Source: a virus
Virus genome (UHGV): UHGV-0446651
DNA: 36,348 nt
Reading direction: 5' to 3' (one strand)
Numbering within the stretch: position 1 is the stretch's first letter; the number at the start of each line of letters is the position of its first letter. The position numbers and the translations under genes were made by a program. Below the pieces are notes generated by a model. That model was not told the origin of the DNA, ran no database searches, and saw only the letters and a list, made by a program, of their open reading frames with translations. This document shows, one piece after another, positions 7,964 through 14,938 of this stretch.

Positions 7964-8494
7964 TTATTGCACGGCGATTTTCTGAGTATCCTTCTTGTTG
8001 TCAAACGATATCATATCGGATGCTTCGATTGTGAGCTCAGTATCACTCTTCAATTTATATACCTGGCATACTTCAACCGTTCCACCCGGCTGCACTTCAT
8101 TTATAGCGTAATTGTTCATAGAGTCGTTCTGTTCTGTCATAATTCCTATTTCACACTCGCCACCGTCCTGAAAGCACTGTACGTTTGCAGCAATTCCAGC
8201 TGTTGCATTTTCATCCGAATTATTTGTAAAGGTATAATAGTAAAGCAGACATTTATTTCCCTCATAATCATTCGCAAATTCATGTCGTACATATTTTACA
8301 TTAAATTTTTCTGCTGTAAAATCTATGATTCCGTCATCGACTGGCTGTGCTTCTTCTTTTAATTCTTCTTTCTGCTCTGTTGTTGCTTCTGTCTTTGCCT
8401 CGGCGTCTTTGGACGGTTCGGCATCCCCACCACATGCTGTAATGGATAATGCCATAGCTCCTACTAATAACATTGCTACAATTTTCTTTTTCAT
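7964..8494 (-). CDS. Secreted lipoprotein (176 aa) between int and the repressor. Candidate superinfection-exclusion (Ltp-like) or moron.
   Basis: Signal peptide MKKKIVAMLLVGAMALSITAC with lipobox ITAC followed by GG. RBS GAGGAA. This position is classic for sie/ltp genes. Confidence 0.7.
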   Translation of the reverse strand: MKKKIVAMLLVGAMALSITACGGDAEPSKDAEAKTEATTEQKEELKEEAQPVDDGIIDFTAEKFNVKYVRHEFANDYEGNKCLLYYYTFTNNSDENATAGIAANVQCFQDGGECEIGIMTEQNDSMNNYAINEVQPGGTVEVCQVYKLKSDTELTIEASDMISFDNKKDTQKIAVQ

Positions 8495-8588
8495 AGTTTC
8501 CTCACTTTCTTATGTACATTAACACCACTTTACTCTATATAAACGCCGAAGCGGTTATATCGTATTATTACCATTATTTACCTGTAGT

Positions 8589-8602
8589 TTCCAGATCTGG
8601 AA
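8589..8602. promoter_or_regulatory. Perfect 14-bp palindrome TTCCAGATCTGGAA (operator candidate) about 20 bp upstream of the small HTH gene, followed by a -10-like TATACT.
   Basis: Read directly. The same CCAGATCTGG core recurs as a 16-bp palindrome GTCCCAGATCTGGGAC at 8823-8838, right after the gene. Confidence 0.5.
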
Positions 8603-8622
8603 TATACTACAATAAAACCACT

Positions 8623-8820
8623 ATGAAAATACTACTCGATAAGATCATGCTTAAGAAAAATCTATCAGTCCGGCAAGTATCCATTGCGACCGGAATATCA
8701 AAATCAACGATCAGCCGCATTGCAAATGGTGAAATATCACCGACAGCCGACACATTGGAATTGCTTGCCAAAGGCTTGAAAGTCCGAATTTCTGACCTTA
8801 TCGACTCTCCATATCAATAG
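8623..8820 (+). CDS. Small XRE-family HTH regulator (65 aa), oriented opposite to the int-lipoprotein-cI genes.
   Basis: MKILLDKIMLKKNLSVRQVSIATGISKSTISRIANGEISPTADTLELLAKGL is a canonical HTH_3. Internal start of track ORF 8512. Flanked by CCAGATCTGG palindromes. Confidence 0.7.
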   Translation: MKILLDKIMLKKNLSVRQVSIATGISKSTISRIANGEISPTADTLELLAKGLKVRISDLIDSPYQ

Positions 8821-8822
8821 GT

Positions 8823-8838
8823 GTCCCAGATCTGGGAC
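8823..8838. promoter_or_regulatory. Perfect 16-bp palindrome GTCCCAGATCTGGGAC immediately downstream of the small HTH gene. Second operator, or a terminator-like hairpin.
   Basis: Read directly. Shares the CCAGATCTGG core with the upstream site. Confidence 0.45.
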
Positions 8839-8891
8839 GATTGTCCATTTTCGCGTAAGTTTCCATGTTTTAGGTTGTTTACTTAATAGAG

Positions 8892-8991
8892 AGGTACATA
8901 AGTACCAAAAAATAGCAGAACAAATGTTCGAACAAAATATTGATTTTTGTTCCCTGAGATAGTATTATATGTTCAGGAATTTCGAACAAGT
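8892..8991. promoter_or_regulatory. Cluster of palindromic or half-palindromic sites: GGTACataaGTACC (8892-8905), TGTTCGAACA (8925-8934), TTCGAACAAG (8980-8988). A -10-like TATTAT lies upstream of the 36-aa ORF.
   Basis: Read directly. Located downstream of the 3' end of the cI-like gene and upstream of the plus-strand mini-ORF. Confidence 0.4.
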
Positions 8992-9017
8992 GTTTTTGCA
9001 GTTAGGAGGGACTCACG

Positions 9018-9128
9018 ATGGACGAATTAAATATCTTGTTATCCAAGCTGAATGGTAACGACTACAGAATCATTAAGCAGCTTGTTTCGATATTACATAG
9101 GTATCTGGAGAAAAGAGGGAGACTTTAG
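9018..9128 (+). CDS. Mini-ORF (36 aa) with strong RBS AGGAGGG. It converges on, and overlaps by 4 nt, the 3' end of the cI-like gene.
   Basis: ATG sits 7 nt after AGGAGGG. The peptide is MDELNILLSKLNGNDYRIIKQLVSILHRYLEKRGRL. Not in the track because it is under 60 aa. Confidence 0.35.
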   Translation: MDELNILLSKLNGNDYRIIKQLVSILHRYLEKRGRL

Positions 9129-9523
9129 TCTTCCCTTTTTTCACTTAACCCAGAACCTACGCTTTTGAAGTACTCTCGTATAACAGTTTTTGATTTTTCA
9201 TCCAGTTCTTGATATTTCTTCATCATTTCTATGATCATATCGTAAAAAGGATTTCCATGTCCGTCATATTCCAGTAAATCTTCTACATAATACCCAATTT
9301 CATCGGATGGTTGCTTGAACATTTCGCCTGTTCCAGATAATAGCCATTCTTCGTTCACTCCATATTCTCTACATATGGCTTTAGCCATTTGATCTGTTAT
9401 TGTACGTTCTTCTTTCTCTATTCTAGAGATCGCAGTCTTAGTCACTCCTAGTGGTTCACCGAATTTCTCGAGAGTTAAATTTAACTGCTTTCTCAGATCA
9501 AATACTCTTTTCCCGTAAGACAT
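9125..9523 (-). CDS. cI-like repressor: N-terminal XRE HTH plus a C-terminal oligomerisation-type domain, with no S24 peptidase domain.
   Basis: KRVFDLRKQLNLTLEKFGEPLGVTKTAISRIEKEER is an HTH_3. It is leftward-transcribed from the divergent promoter region, with RBS AAGGCGGTGA. Confidence 0.75.
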   Translation of the reverse strand: MSYGKRVFDLRKQLNLTLEKFGEPLGVTKTAISRIEKEERTITDQMAKAICREYGVNEEWLLSGTGEMFKQPSDEIGYYVEDLLEYDGHGNPFYDMIIEMMKKYQELDEKSKTVIREYFKSVGSGLSEKRED

Positions 9524-9546
9524 TTATTCACCGCCTTTCTGATTAC

Positions 9547-9575
9547 ATTATATATCAGTAAAAAGTCAAAGTCAA
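9547..9575 (-). promoter_or_regulatory. Leftward (PRM/PL-like) promoter for the cI-like gene: -35 TTGACT (9570-9575), 17-nt spacer, -10 TATAAT (9547-9552), read on the minus strand.
   Basis: Hexamers and 17-nt spacing read on the minus strand, directly upstream of the cI-like start at 9523. Confidence 0.6.
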
Positions 9576-9583
9576 GAAAAAAA

Positions 9584-9627
9584 GTTACCAAAGGCAACAA
9601 AAAAGAGTTGACAAAGTTACCAAAGGT
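9584..9627. promoter_or_regulatory. Operator candidates: two direct copies of AGTTACCAAAGG (about 9583-9594 and 9616-9627). The second lies in the spacer of the rightward promoter.
   Basis: Read directly between the divergent promoters. Confidence 0.55.
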
Positions 9628-9636
9628 CAGTATAAT
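9608..9636 (+). promoter_or_regulatory. Rightward early (PR-like) promoter: perfect TTGACA (9608-9613), 17-nt spacer, TATAAT (9631-9636).
   Basis: Exact sigma-A consensus hexamers with 17-nt spacing, upstream of the first rightward gene (start 9720). Confidence 0.7.
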
Positions 9637-9719
9637 GTAACCATAGACAACAAAACAACACAACAAACCAAAATTAAAAACGCTGTCCTATCGGCATGAC
9701 GGGGAGAAAGAGGTTGAAT

Positions 9720-9881
9720 ATGTTTGTGGTTTATGAAGTGTTTAAATCAGATGGAAAGAAGCTTTTAAGATTTAAAAACGAAGATAAATTTACTTGTGAG
9801 GTATATGTTGATCATCACAAATATGATTATGGTGCGCTATTAAACGGAGCTTCAGAACTTGTCATAGAAAAAATCGAATAA
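9720..9881 (+). CDS. First rightward early gene (53 aa). Sits in the Cro position but has no recognisable HTH.
   Basis: ATG with RBS AGAAAGAGG. The track ORF starts at 9696 without an RBS. Confidence 0.5.
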   Translation: MFVVYEVFKSDGKKLLRFKNEDKFTCEVYVDHHKYDYGALLNGASELVIEKIE

Positions 9882-10005
9882 GCCGGACACCGTTCCGGCA
9901 CTGTAATGCAGGCAGGCGGCAGGAATCAGAAAGAACACCGCCTAGGCCGTTCCAACCCGGTTGAATGCAGAGGACAGAATATAAGGAAAGCGAGGAGTGA
10001 TAAGG

Positions 10006-10191
10006 ATGATTGTGGAGAAGAAGAAACTTGAATCTCTGGAAATCGACATCGAGAAAAGAATTTTCAAACTAAATGGTAAGGAAATGAAAGGAATTTCAAG
10101 GCTTGATATCGACTATGATAACGGAAGTTGGACACTGTTTGTAACTAAAGATGTAGTTTACTCGCAAGCAGTGTCCGATAAGATTACTTAA
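10006..10191 (+). CDS. Hypothetical early protein (61 aa).
   Basis: RBS GAGGAG lies 8 nt before the ATG at 10006. The track start is GTG 9997. Confidence 0.5.
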   Translation: MIVEKKKLESLEIDIEKRIFKLNGKEMKGISRLDIDYDNGSWTLFVTKDVVYSQAVSDKIT

Positions 10192-10495
10192 TTAAGGAAA
10201 TGTATCCCAAAACTTCCTTTACGCCGTTTTTGAATCGGTTTTCCATGTAGATAATTCCTTTGTCAGATAATTTGAATCCACCATCCGTGTATAAGCGAAT
10301 CATATTGTTTCGCGACAGTTCACAAATGGATGAATGTATATCATCTGCATTGAATTCCTGCAAGAAGTCGGATTGCAATGCCTCTGGACATTCGAAATTT
10401 ATAGAATGGTCTTTTGAAAAACCGCATTTTTTACGATTCAAATATTCTTTATACACGAGGCGTAACAATTTATCAGTATCCTTTGTTAGTTCCAT
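10184..10495 (-). CDS. Leftward hypothetical protein (104 aa) embedded in the rightward early region. Candidate moron or immunity gene.
   Basis: Start at internal ATG 10495 with strong RBS AAGGAGATGCAACT. Its 3' end overlaps the preceding plus-strand gene by 8 nt. Confidence 0.6.
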   Translation of the reverse strand: MELTKDTDKLLRLVYKEYLNRKKCGFSKDHSINFECPEALQSDFLQEFNADDIHSSICELSRNNMIRLYTDGGFKLSDKGIIYMENRFKNGVKEVLGYISLIK

Positions 10496-10623
10496 AGTTG
10501 CATCTCCTTCCTTGTTTACTTGGCATTGGCAGATGCCTGTAAGCAAATTATAGGAGATAAACAAAAAGAAAGCAATCCCGCCACGGAGGTTACGATGGCA
10601 ATAAAAATAGGAGGTAAAAGGTA

Positions 10624-11388
10624 TTGAACGAATTATTTGTAATCAACACGGACGGTAACGAACCAACCGTATCAGCCAGAGATCTTCATAAGGCTCTTGG
10701 AATCAGAAAAAGATTTTCTGAATGGTTCGAAAAGAATTCGCAAGGATTTATTGAGAATGAGGATTTTAATGGTGCGTACCTAAAGGTACATAGCAATCAG
10801 TATGGTGGTGAAAAGGAAGTGCAAGACTACCAAGTCTCAACTGACATGGCAAAGCACATTTGCCTTATGAGCAGAACCGACAAAGGGAGAGAATGCAGAC
10901 AAAGATTGATTGACCTCGAGAAAGCATGGAATACACCAGAACAGGTAATGGCAAGAGCCTTAAAGATGGCAGGCAAGACCATTGACAGTCTGAAAGACAG
11001 ATGCAAATTCCTTGGCGGACAGGTTGTAGAACAACAGAAATTGATCGAGGAAATGACGCCGAAAGCGAATTATGTTGATCATATTCTCGAATCAAAATCG
11101 TTGGTAGCGACTACGCAGATCGCCAAAGACTACGGAATGTCAGCGGTGCGATTCAACCGGATTCTGAATGATATGAAAATTCAGTACAAGGTCAACAAAC
11201 AGTGGGTTCTCTATTCAAAGTATCAGAATTGTGGCTATGTACATAGTAAAACGATTGACATTACGAGGAGCAACGGAGATCCGGATGTAACAATGCAGAC
11301 GCAGTGGACGCAGAAAGGACGGTTATTCCTGTACGAGGAACTTAAGAAAAACGGTATTTATCCAGTAATTGAGCAGAATGCAGCATAG
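10624..11388 (+). CDS. Antirepressor (Ant): N-terminal ORF6N/Bro-N-like domain plus C-terminal KilA-C (ANT) domain.
   Basis: N-terminal [24 protein letters not shown]...[32 protein letters not shown]-terminal [30 protein letters not shown] start with AGGAGG 9 nt upstream. Confidence 0.7.
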   Translation: MNELFVINTDGNEPTVSARDLHKALGIRKRFSEWFEKNSQGFIENEDFNGAYLKVHSNQYGGEKEVQDYQVSTDMAKHICLMSRTDKGRECRQRLIDLEKAWNTPEQVMARALKMAGKTIDSLKDRCKFLGGQVVEQQKLIEEMTPKANYVDHILESKSLVATTQIAKDYGMSAVRFNRILNDMKIQYKVNKQWVLYSKYQNCGYVHSKTIDITRSNGDPDVTMQTQWTQKGRLFLYEELKKNGIYPVIEQNAA

Positions 11389-11397
11389 GAGGTACGC

Positions 11398-11595
11398 ATG
11401 AGCGAAAAAGACAGAAAAGAGATTGCAGAAATGGTTAAAAAAGCGAAGTATCTGGCAGAAAATGATCCACAGGGGTTTATGCTTGCCAAGAATAGCATGG
11501 ATATTCTGAAAGCGAGATCAGATATGGATGCAGTAGAGGAAAAGAATGGAGGATTGATAACGTGCCAAGAACAGCAGTTGGAGAAAACGAAATAA
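11398..11595 (+). CDS. Hypothetical protein (65 aa).
   Basis: RBS AGGAGGTACGC precedes the ATG. Confidence 0.5.
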   Translation: MSEKDRKEIAEMVKKAKYLAENDPQGFMLAKNSMDILKARSDMDAVEEKNGGLITCQEQQLEKTK

Positions 11596-11810
11596 AAAAC
11601 CGGGTTTTGCGTGGCAGTATTGACAATGCAAGAAGACTTAAAGACATGGGAATAGATGACCTGTCCAATCTTACAGGGATACCAGAAAGCACCCTGTATG
11701 CGAAAATACGAGATCCAAACAAATTTAACCTGCGGGAATTAAGGTTGATATGTAAGGCATTAAAGATAACAGAGGAAGAAAAGCGGAGATTAGGAGGATT
11801 GATATTGTGA
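11562..11810 (+). CDS. Small HTH-containing protein (82 aa), putative regulator.
   Basis: GTG start with GGAGG 9 nt upstream. HTH-like MGIDDLSNLTGIPESTLYAKIRD. Confidence 0.45.
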   Translation: MPRTAVGENEIKNRVLRGSIDNARRLKDMGIDDLSNLTGIPESTLYAKIRDPNKFNLRELRLICKALKITEEEKRRLGGLIL

Positions 11811-11992
11811 CAATAAAAGGAACCTACCACTGCCAGACCACTCAGCAACCCAACACTTTAAATAGCTGGGACATCCGGTCCGTATCTGTTGAGTTACCGG
11901 AGCAGGACAAGCCTTACTGGCACAAGGTCGCGGCATCCGTGATCGGGTTCGGAATGGCGGTGATCGGGTGGTGGTTGGTGTTTGGGTATTAA
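11807..11992 (+). CDS. Small membrane protein (61 aa) with a C-terminal TM helix.
   Basis: GTG start overlaps the previous stop (GTGA). RBS GGAGGA. Hydrophobic VAASVIGFGMAVIGWWLVFGY. Confidence 0.4.
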   Translation: MTIKGTYHCQTTQQPNTLNSWDIRSVSVELPEQDKPYWHKVAASVIGFGMAVIGWWLVFGY

Positions 11993-12079
11993 AAATGAGC
12001 ACCTACAAAAAGGCTGGGGAGCCGTAGGTACTCTGACAAAAAATCAAGAATATAGTAACAGATTTTAGGAGGATAAGCA

Positions 12080-12343
12080 ATGGACAGAAAGAAAATACAT
12101 GAACTTTTAGACTTAATTCTTGAGATTCAAGAGCGTGGAGAAGGTAAGGATGGGTACCCTTATGTAAGCATTGAATTTTCGAACTACGGTGGCAGAATAC
12201 TTCTCTGCGCGCAAGAAAACGGATTTGTTGCTAATGGAGATTACGATTTGTTCGATGGTATCGGAACAGATCAACAACTAGATGATGCAATCGTTTTAGC
12301 GGAAGTGTTACTGGAAAAAGCAGTAGATATGGTGGGCGAATAA
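12080..12343 (+). CDS. Hypothetical acidic protein (87 aa).
   Basis: RBS TAGGAGGATAAGCA precedes the ATG. Confidence 0.55.
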   Translation: MDRKKIHELLDLILEIQERGEGKDGYPYVSIEFSNYGGRILLCAQENGFVANGDYDLFDGIGTDQQLDDAIVLAEVLLEKAVDMVGE

Positions 12344-12468
12344 TATGTACGGATATACAGAAGAACTGGAAGAAATAACAGATCAAGAAGCGGCTGAAAA
12401 AGACAGATATTTTAGGGTACGCAAAAGGCACTATCAGAATTATTGTGATTTTATGGAGGAAATAACAA

Positions 12469-12933
12469 ATGGCAACATTATACGAGATTGACGAAGAGAT
12501 TTTAGATTGTGTAGATCAGGAAACAGGCGAGATTATCGACCCGGAAAAGCTGGCACAGTTGCAGATGGATTTTGACAAAAAGGTAGAGGGAATTGCTCTC
12601 TGGATCAAAAACCTCTTATCTGATGCAGAAGCAATCAAGGCAGAGAAAAATAAACTGGCTGACCGCCAGAAATCATGTGAAAACAAGGCAAGAAACTTAA
12701 AAGAATACCTGTCTGGTTATTTGTGTGGTGAAAAATTTAAGACACCAAGAGTCAGCATCTCTTATCGAAAATCAGAGAGTGTAGAGGTGCAAGATGTTTC
12801 AAAACTGGACAAGGAATACTTGAAATTTGCTGATCCTGAGGTTGATAAAACAAAGGTGAAAAAGGCACTGAAAGATGGTGTTGAGTTATCTGGAGTTGTA
12901 TTGGTACAGAACAATAATATTCAGATTCGGTAG
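12469..12933 (+). CDS. Siphovirus Gp157-like coiled-coil protein, commonly found beside phage single-strand annealing proteins.
   Basis: MATLYEIDEEILDCVDQETGEIIDPEKLAQLQMDFDKKVEGIALWIKNL... The architecture resembles the Sfi21 gp157 family. Sits immediately upstream of the annealing protein. Confidence 0.55.
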   Translation: MATLYEIDEEILDCVDQETGEIIDPEKLAQLQMDFDKKVEGIALWIKNLLSDAEAIKAEKNKLADRQKSCENKARNLKEYLSGYLCGEKFKTPRVSISYRKSESVEVQDVSKLDKEYLKFADPEVDKTKVKKALKDGVELSGVVLVQNNNIQIR

Positions 12934-12941
12934 GTGCAATC

Positions 12942-13544
12942 ATGGGAAATTTGGATTTATATAACAGGGTTAGAATTGTCCCGGAAGAGGCAAAGAAGCC
13001 TATCAAAGGCGGCCGCTTGAACGGAATGACGGATATTAACCCTATGTGGAGAATCAAAGTACTTACAAGTGAATATGGTCCGTGTGGCATTGGCTGGTTT
13101 TACAAGCCTGTTAAGAAATGGACGGAGCAGGCAGGAGGTGAAACAGTTGCATTCGTAGATATCGAACTGTTTATAAAGGTAGATGGTGAGTGGTCGCAAC
13201 CGATCTGTGGAACTGGGGGGAGTAAGCTATCGCAAAACGAAAGAAATGGTCTTTTTGTTTCCGATGAATGTTACAAAATGGCAACAACAGACGCTATTTC
13301 TGTAGCTTGTAAGCAGCTTGGAATTGGAGCAGACGTGTACTTTGGGGCAGATAGAACTAAGTACGATTCTCCATTTGAAAGAGTGGAGCGAGTGCGAAAC
13401 GAACTGAAAAAGCGCAGATTTTCAGAAGCGAATTTTATGCAGGTATATAGGTTGGATAATATTGAACAGGTGACAGATAGACAAATCAAAGATTTTATAG
13501 CGAGAATGGAGGCGGCAAAGCATGACAGTGTGGATCAGAAGTAG
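12942..13544 (+). CDS. Single-strand annealing protein, Rad52/Sak-like.
   Basis: GPCGIGWFYK ... ECYKMATTDAISVACKQLGIGADVYFG resembles the GI.GW ... WGIGRYLY core of Sak/Rad52-family phage recombinases. Positioned between Gp157 and RusA. Confidence 0.5.
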   Translation: MGNLDLYNRVRIVPEEAKKPIKGGRLNGMTDINPMWRIKVLTSEYGPCGIGWFYKPVKKWTEQAGGETVAFVDIELFIKVDGEWSQPICGTGGSKLSQNERNGLFVSDECYKMATTDAISVACKQLGIGADVYFGADRTKYDSPFERVERVRNELKKRRFSEANFMQVYRLDNIEQVTDRQIKDFIARMEAAKHDSVDQK

Positions 13545-14037
13545 AGTGCAGATGCCGAACTACGTGAAAGAAAGTATTAGATCATTGGTAAAGTCGATTT
13601 GCGATAAAGATGTCGATGTGAGTATTGCTCTGCACAAAGAATCAAAAACAGATCAGCAAAGAAAATACTTTTGGACGCTGGTAAAAGAACTCCGCAGCGT
13701 TATGAAAAACGGACAGACTGAAAACGATGTGTATTTGCATCTTTTAAGGATATACGGGACGTCAGATTTTATAAGCCTTCCGTCCGATCAGGTGCATCTT
13801 GCAAGAGCTTGTTACCGGATTGTAGAAGTACAGAACAAGAAAGAGTTTGTGAACAAGGAGAATGAGTGCATTACTGTTTGTACTTTGCGCTGCTGGAAAG
13901 GATTGAGCGAATACGATACCAACGAAGCTTGCATGTTGATAGATGGAGCGGTTGAAGAGTGCAAAAGTCTTGGTATTCCGACAGATACGCCGGATGAAAT
14001 TCGCAAAATGAAAGAGTTGTGGGGGATTGAATTATAA
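13522..14037 (+). CDS. Hypothetical protein (171 aa) in the replication/recombination module.
   Basis: GGAGG lies 9 nt upstream of the ATG. Overlaps the previous gene by 23 nt. Confidence 0.5.
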   Translation: MTVWIRSRVQMPNYVKESIRSLVKSICDKDVDVSIALHKESKTDQQRKYFWTLVKELRSVMKNGQTENDVYLHLLRIYGTSDFISLPSDQVHLARACYRIVEVQNKKEFVNKENECITVCTLRCWKGLSEYDTNEACMLIDGAVEECKSLGIPTDTPDEIRKMKELWGIEL

Positions 14038-14054
14038 GCATTGATTACAGTGAC

Positions 14055-14414
14055 ATGGCATTCCCAAAGCCGAAGCGAAAGAAAAAGAAAAAAGGTCATC
14101 AAAGAGCATCCGGCAGACCAAAGAAGCTGTGGAGCATATTTACAGAGGACATGGATCATTGCATGTACACCGGAGTTTACGGAGTGGAGAGGCATCATGT
14201 TTTTAGTCACACATCGAGAGAAATTGAACTTTCGGAAGATTACGGATTCATAGCTCCATTGAGACCGGATCTGCATCCAAACGGAACAAGGGCAGGGGAG
14301 AATGCATCGAAAGTTGACCGATACTTAAGAAAACGCTGCAAGGAGTATTATTTGCAGCACTACGGAACAGAAGAACAGTTCCGGCAAGAATTTCACTATG
14401 TTAGTAAGGGTTAA
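14055..14414 (+). CDS. Hypothetical protein with a Lys-rich N-terminus (KPKRKKKKKGHQRASGRPKK), a likely nucleic-acid-binding segment, and an ERHHVF motif.
   Basis: ORF directly upstream of rusA. The N-terminus is highly basic. Confidence 0.5.
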   Translation: MAFPKPKRKKKKKGHQRASGRPKKLWSIFTEDMDHCMYTGVYGVERHHVFSHTSREIELSEDYGFIAPLRPDLHPNGTRAGENASKVDRYLRKRCKEYYLQHYGTEEQFRQEFHYVSKG

Positions 14415-14527
14415 ACCTTTGCTATAAATTGTAACCCGTTCATGGCTGCTGTGTAGTACGTCACAAATACCTTAAGTAAGCCAGATTCATTGTCTCCCGG
14501 TAACTCCGGGAGCAGAAAGGAGAACGA

Positions 14528-14938
14528 ATGATAATTACAATTCCGGGAAAACCGGTCGGAAAAGCAAGACCAAGATTCCGCGGAGCCGGATTTAAGGTCA
14601 TTACATACACACCACCCGCAACCAAGAAATATGAAAAGGAAGTTGCGAGGATTTATAAACAAAGCGCAGGCGTTCTTTATACAGAGATACCTCTGAGAGT
14701 TCGTATTTTAGCGAAATTTCCGATTCCAGAGAGCTGGTCTAAGAAGAATAAGGAGAAAGCATTAAAAGGAGAAATAAAGCCGAATAAGAAGCCGGACTTG
14801 GATAATATCGCAAAAATCATTCTGGATGGACTGAACGGAGTCGCATACACCGATGATAAGCAGGTGACCAGTCTGGAGATTGAAAAAGTGTACTCGGACA
14901 CACCTTGCGTGGTGGTCTATATTGCGGAGGATGAGTGA
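14528..14938 (+). CDS. rusA: RusA-family Holliday junction resolvase.
   Basis: MIITIPGKPVGKARPRF...KPDLDNIAKIILDGLNGVAYTDDKQV is the characteristic RusA catalytic Asp cluster. RBS AGAAAGGAGAACGA. Confidence 0.85.
   Translation: MIITIPGKPVGKARPRFRGAGFKVITYTPPATKKYEKEVARIYKQSAGVLYTEIPLRVRILAKFPIPESWSKKNKEKALKGEIKPNKKPDLDNIAKIILDGLNGVAYTDDKQVTSLEIEKVYSDTPCVVVYIAEDE

Noticed and set aside
8512-8622. N-terminal 37-aa extension of the small HTH ORF (MYINTTLLYINAEAV...).
   Set aside because: The extension covers the palindromic operator and the -10-like element. Composition is Tyr/Ile-rich nonsense. The HTH domain begins at the internal ATG 8623.
10520-10545. Sigma-54 type promoter at TGGCATTGGCAGATGCC.
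   Set aside because: GG/GC spacing is 11 rather than 10 nt and no enhancer-binding protein gene is present. More likely a near-palindromic operator or a chance match.
12345-12494. 49-aa plus-strand ORF between the 87-aa gene and the Gp157-like gene.
   Set aside because: No convincing RBS, and it overlaps the RBS and start of the Gp157-like gene. Kept as unsupported.
14055-14414. Assignment of the Lys-rich 119-aa protein as HNH endonuclease or YbcO-like nuclease because of its position upstream of rusA.
   Set aside because: Only one Cys and an HH dipeptide. It lacks the CxxC...CxxC / HNH spacing, so no nuclease call can be supported from sequence alone.
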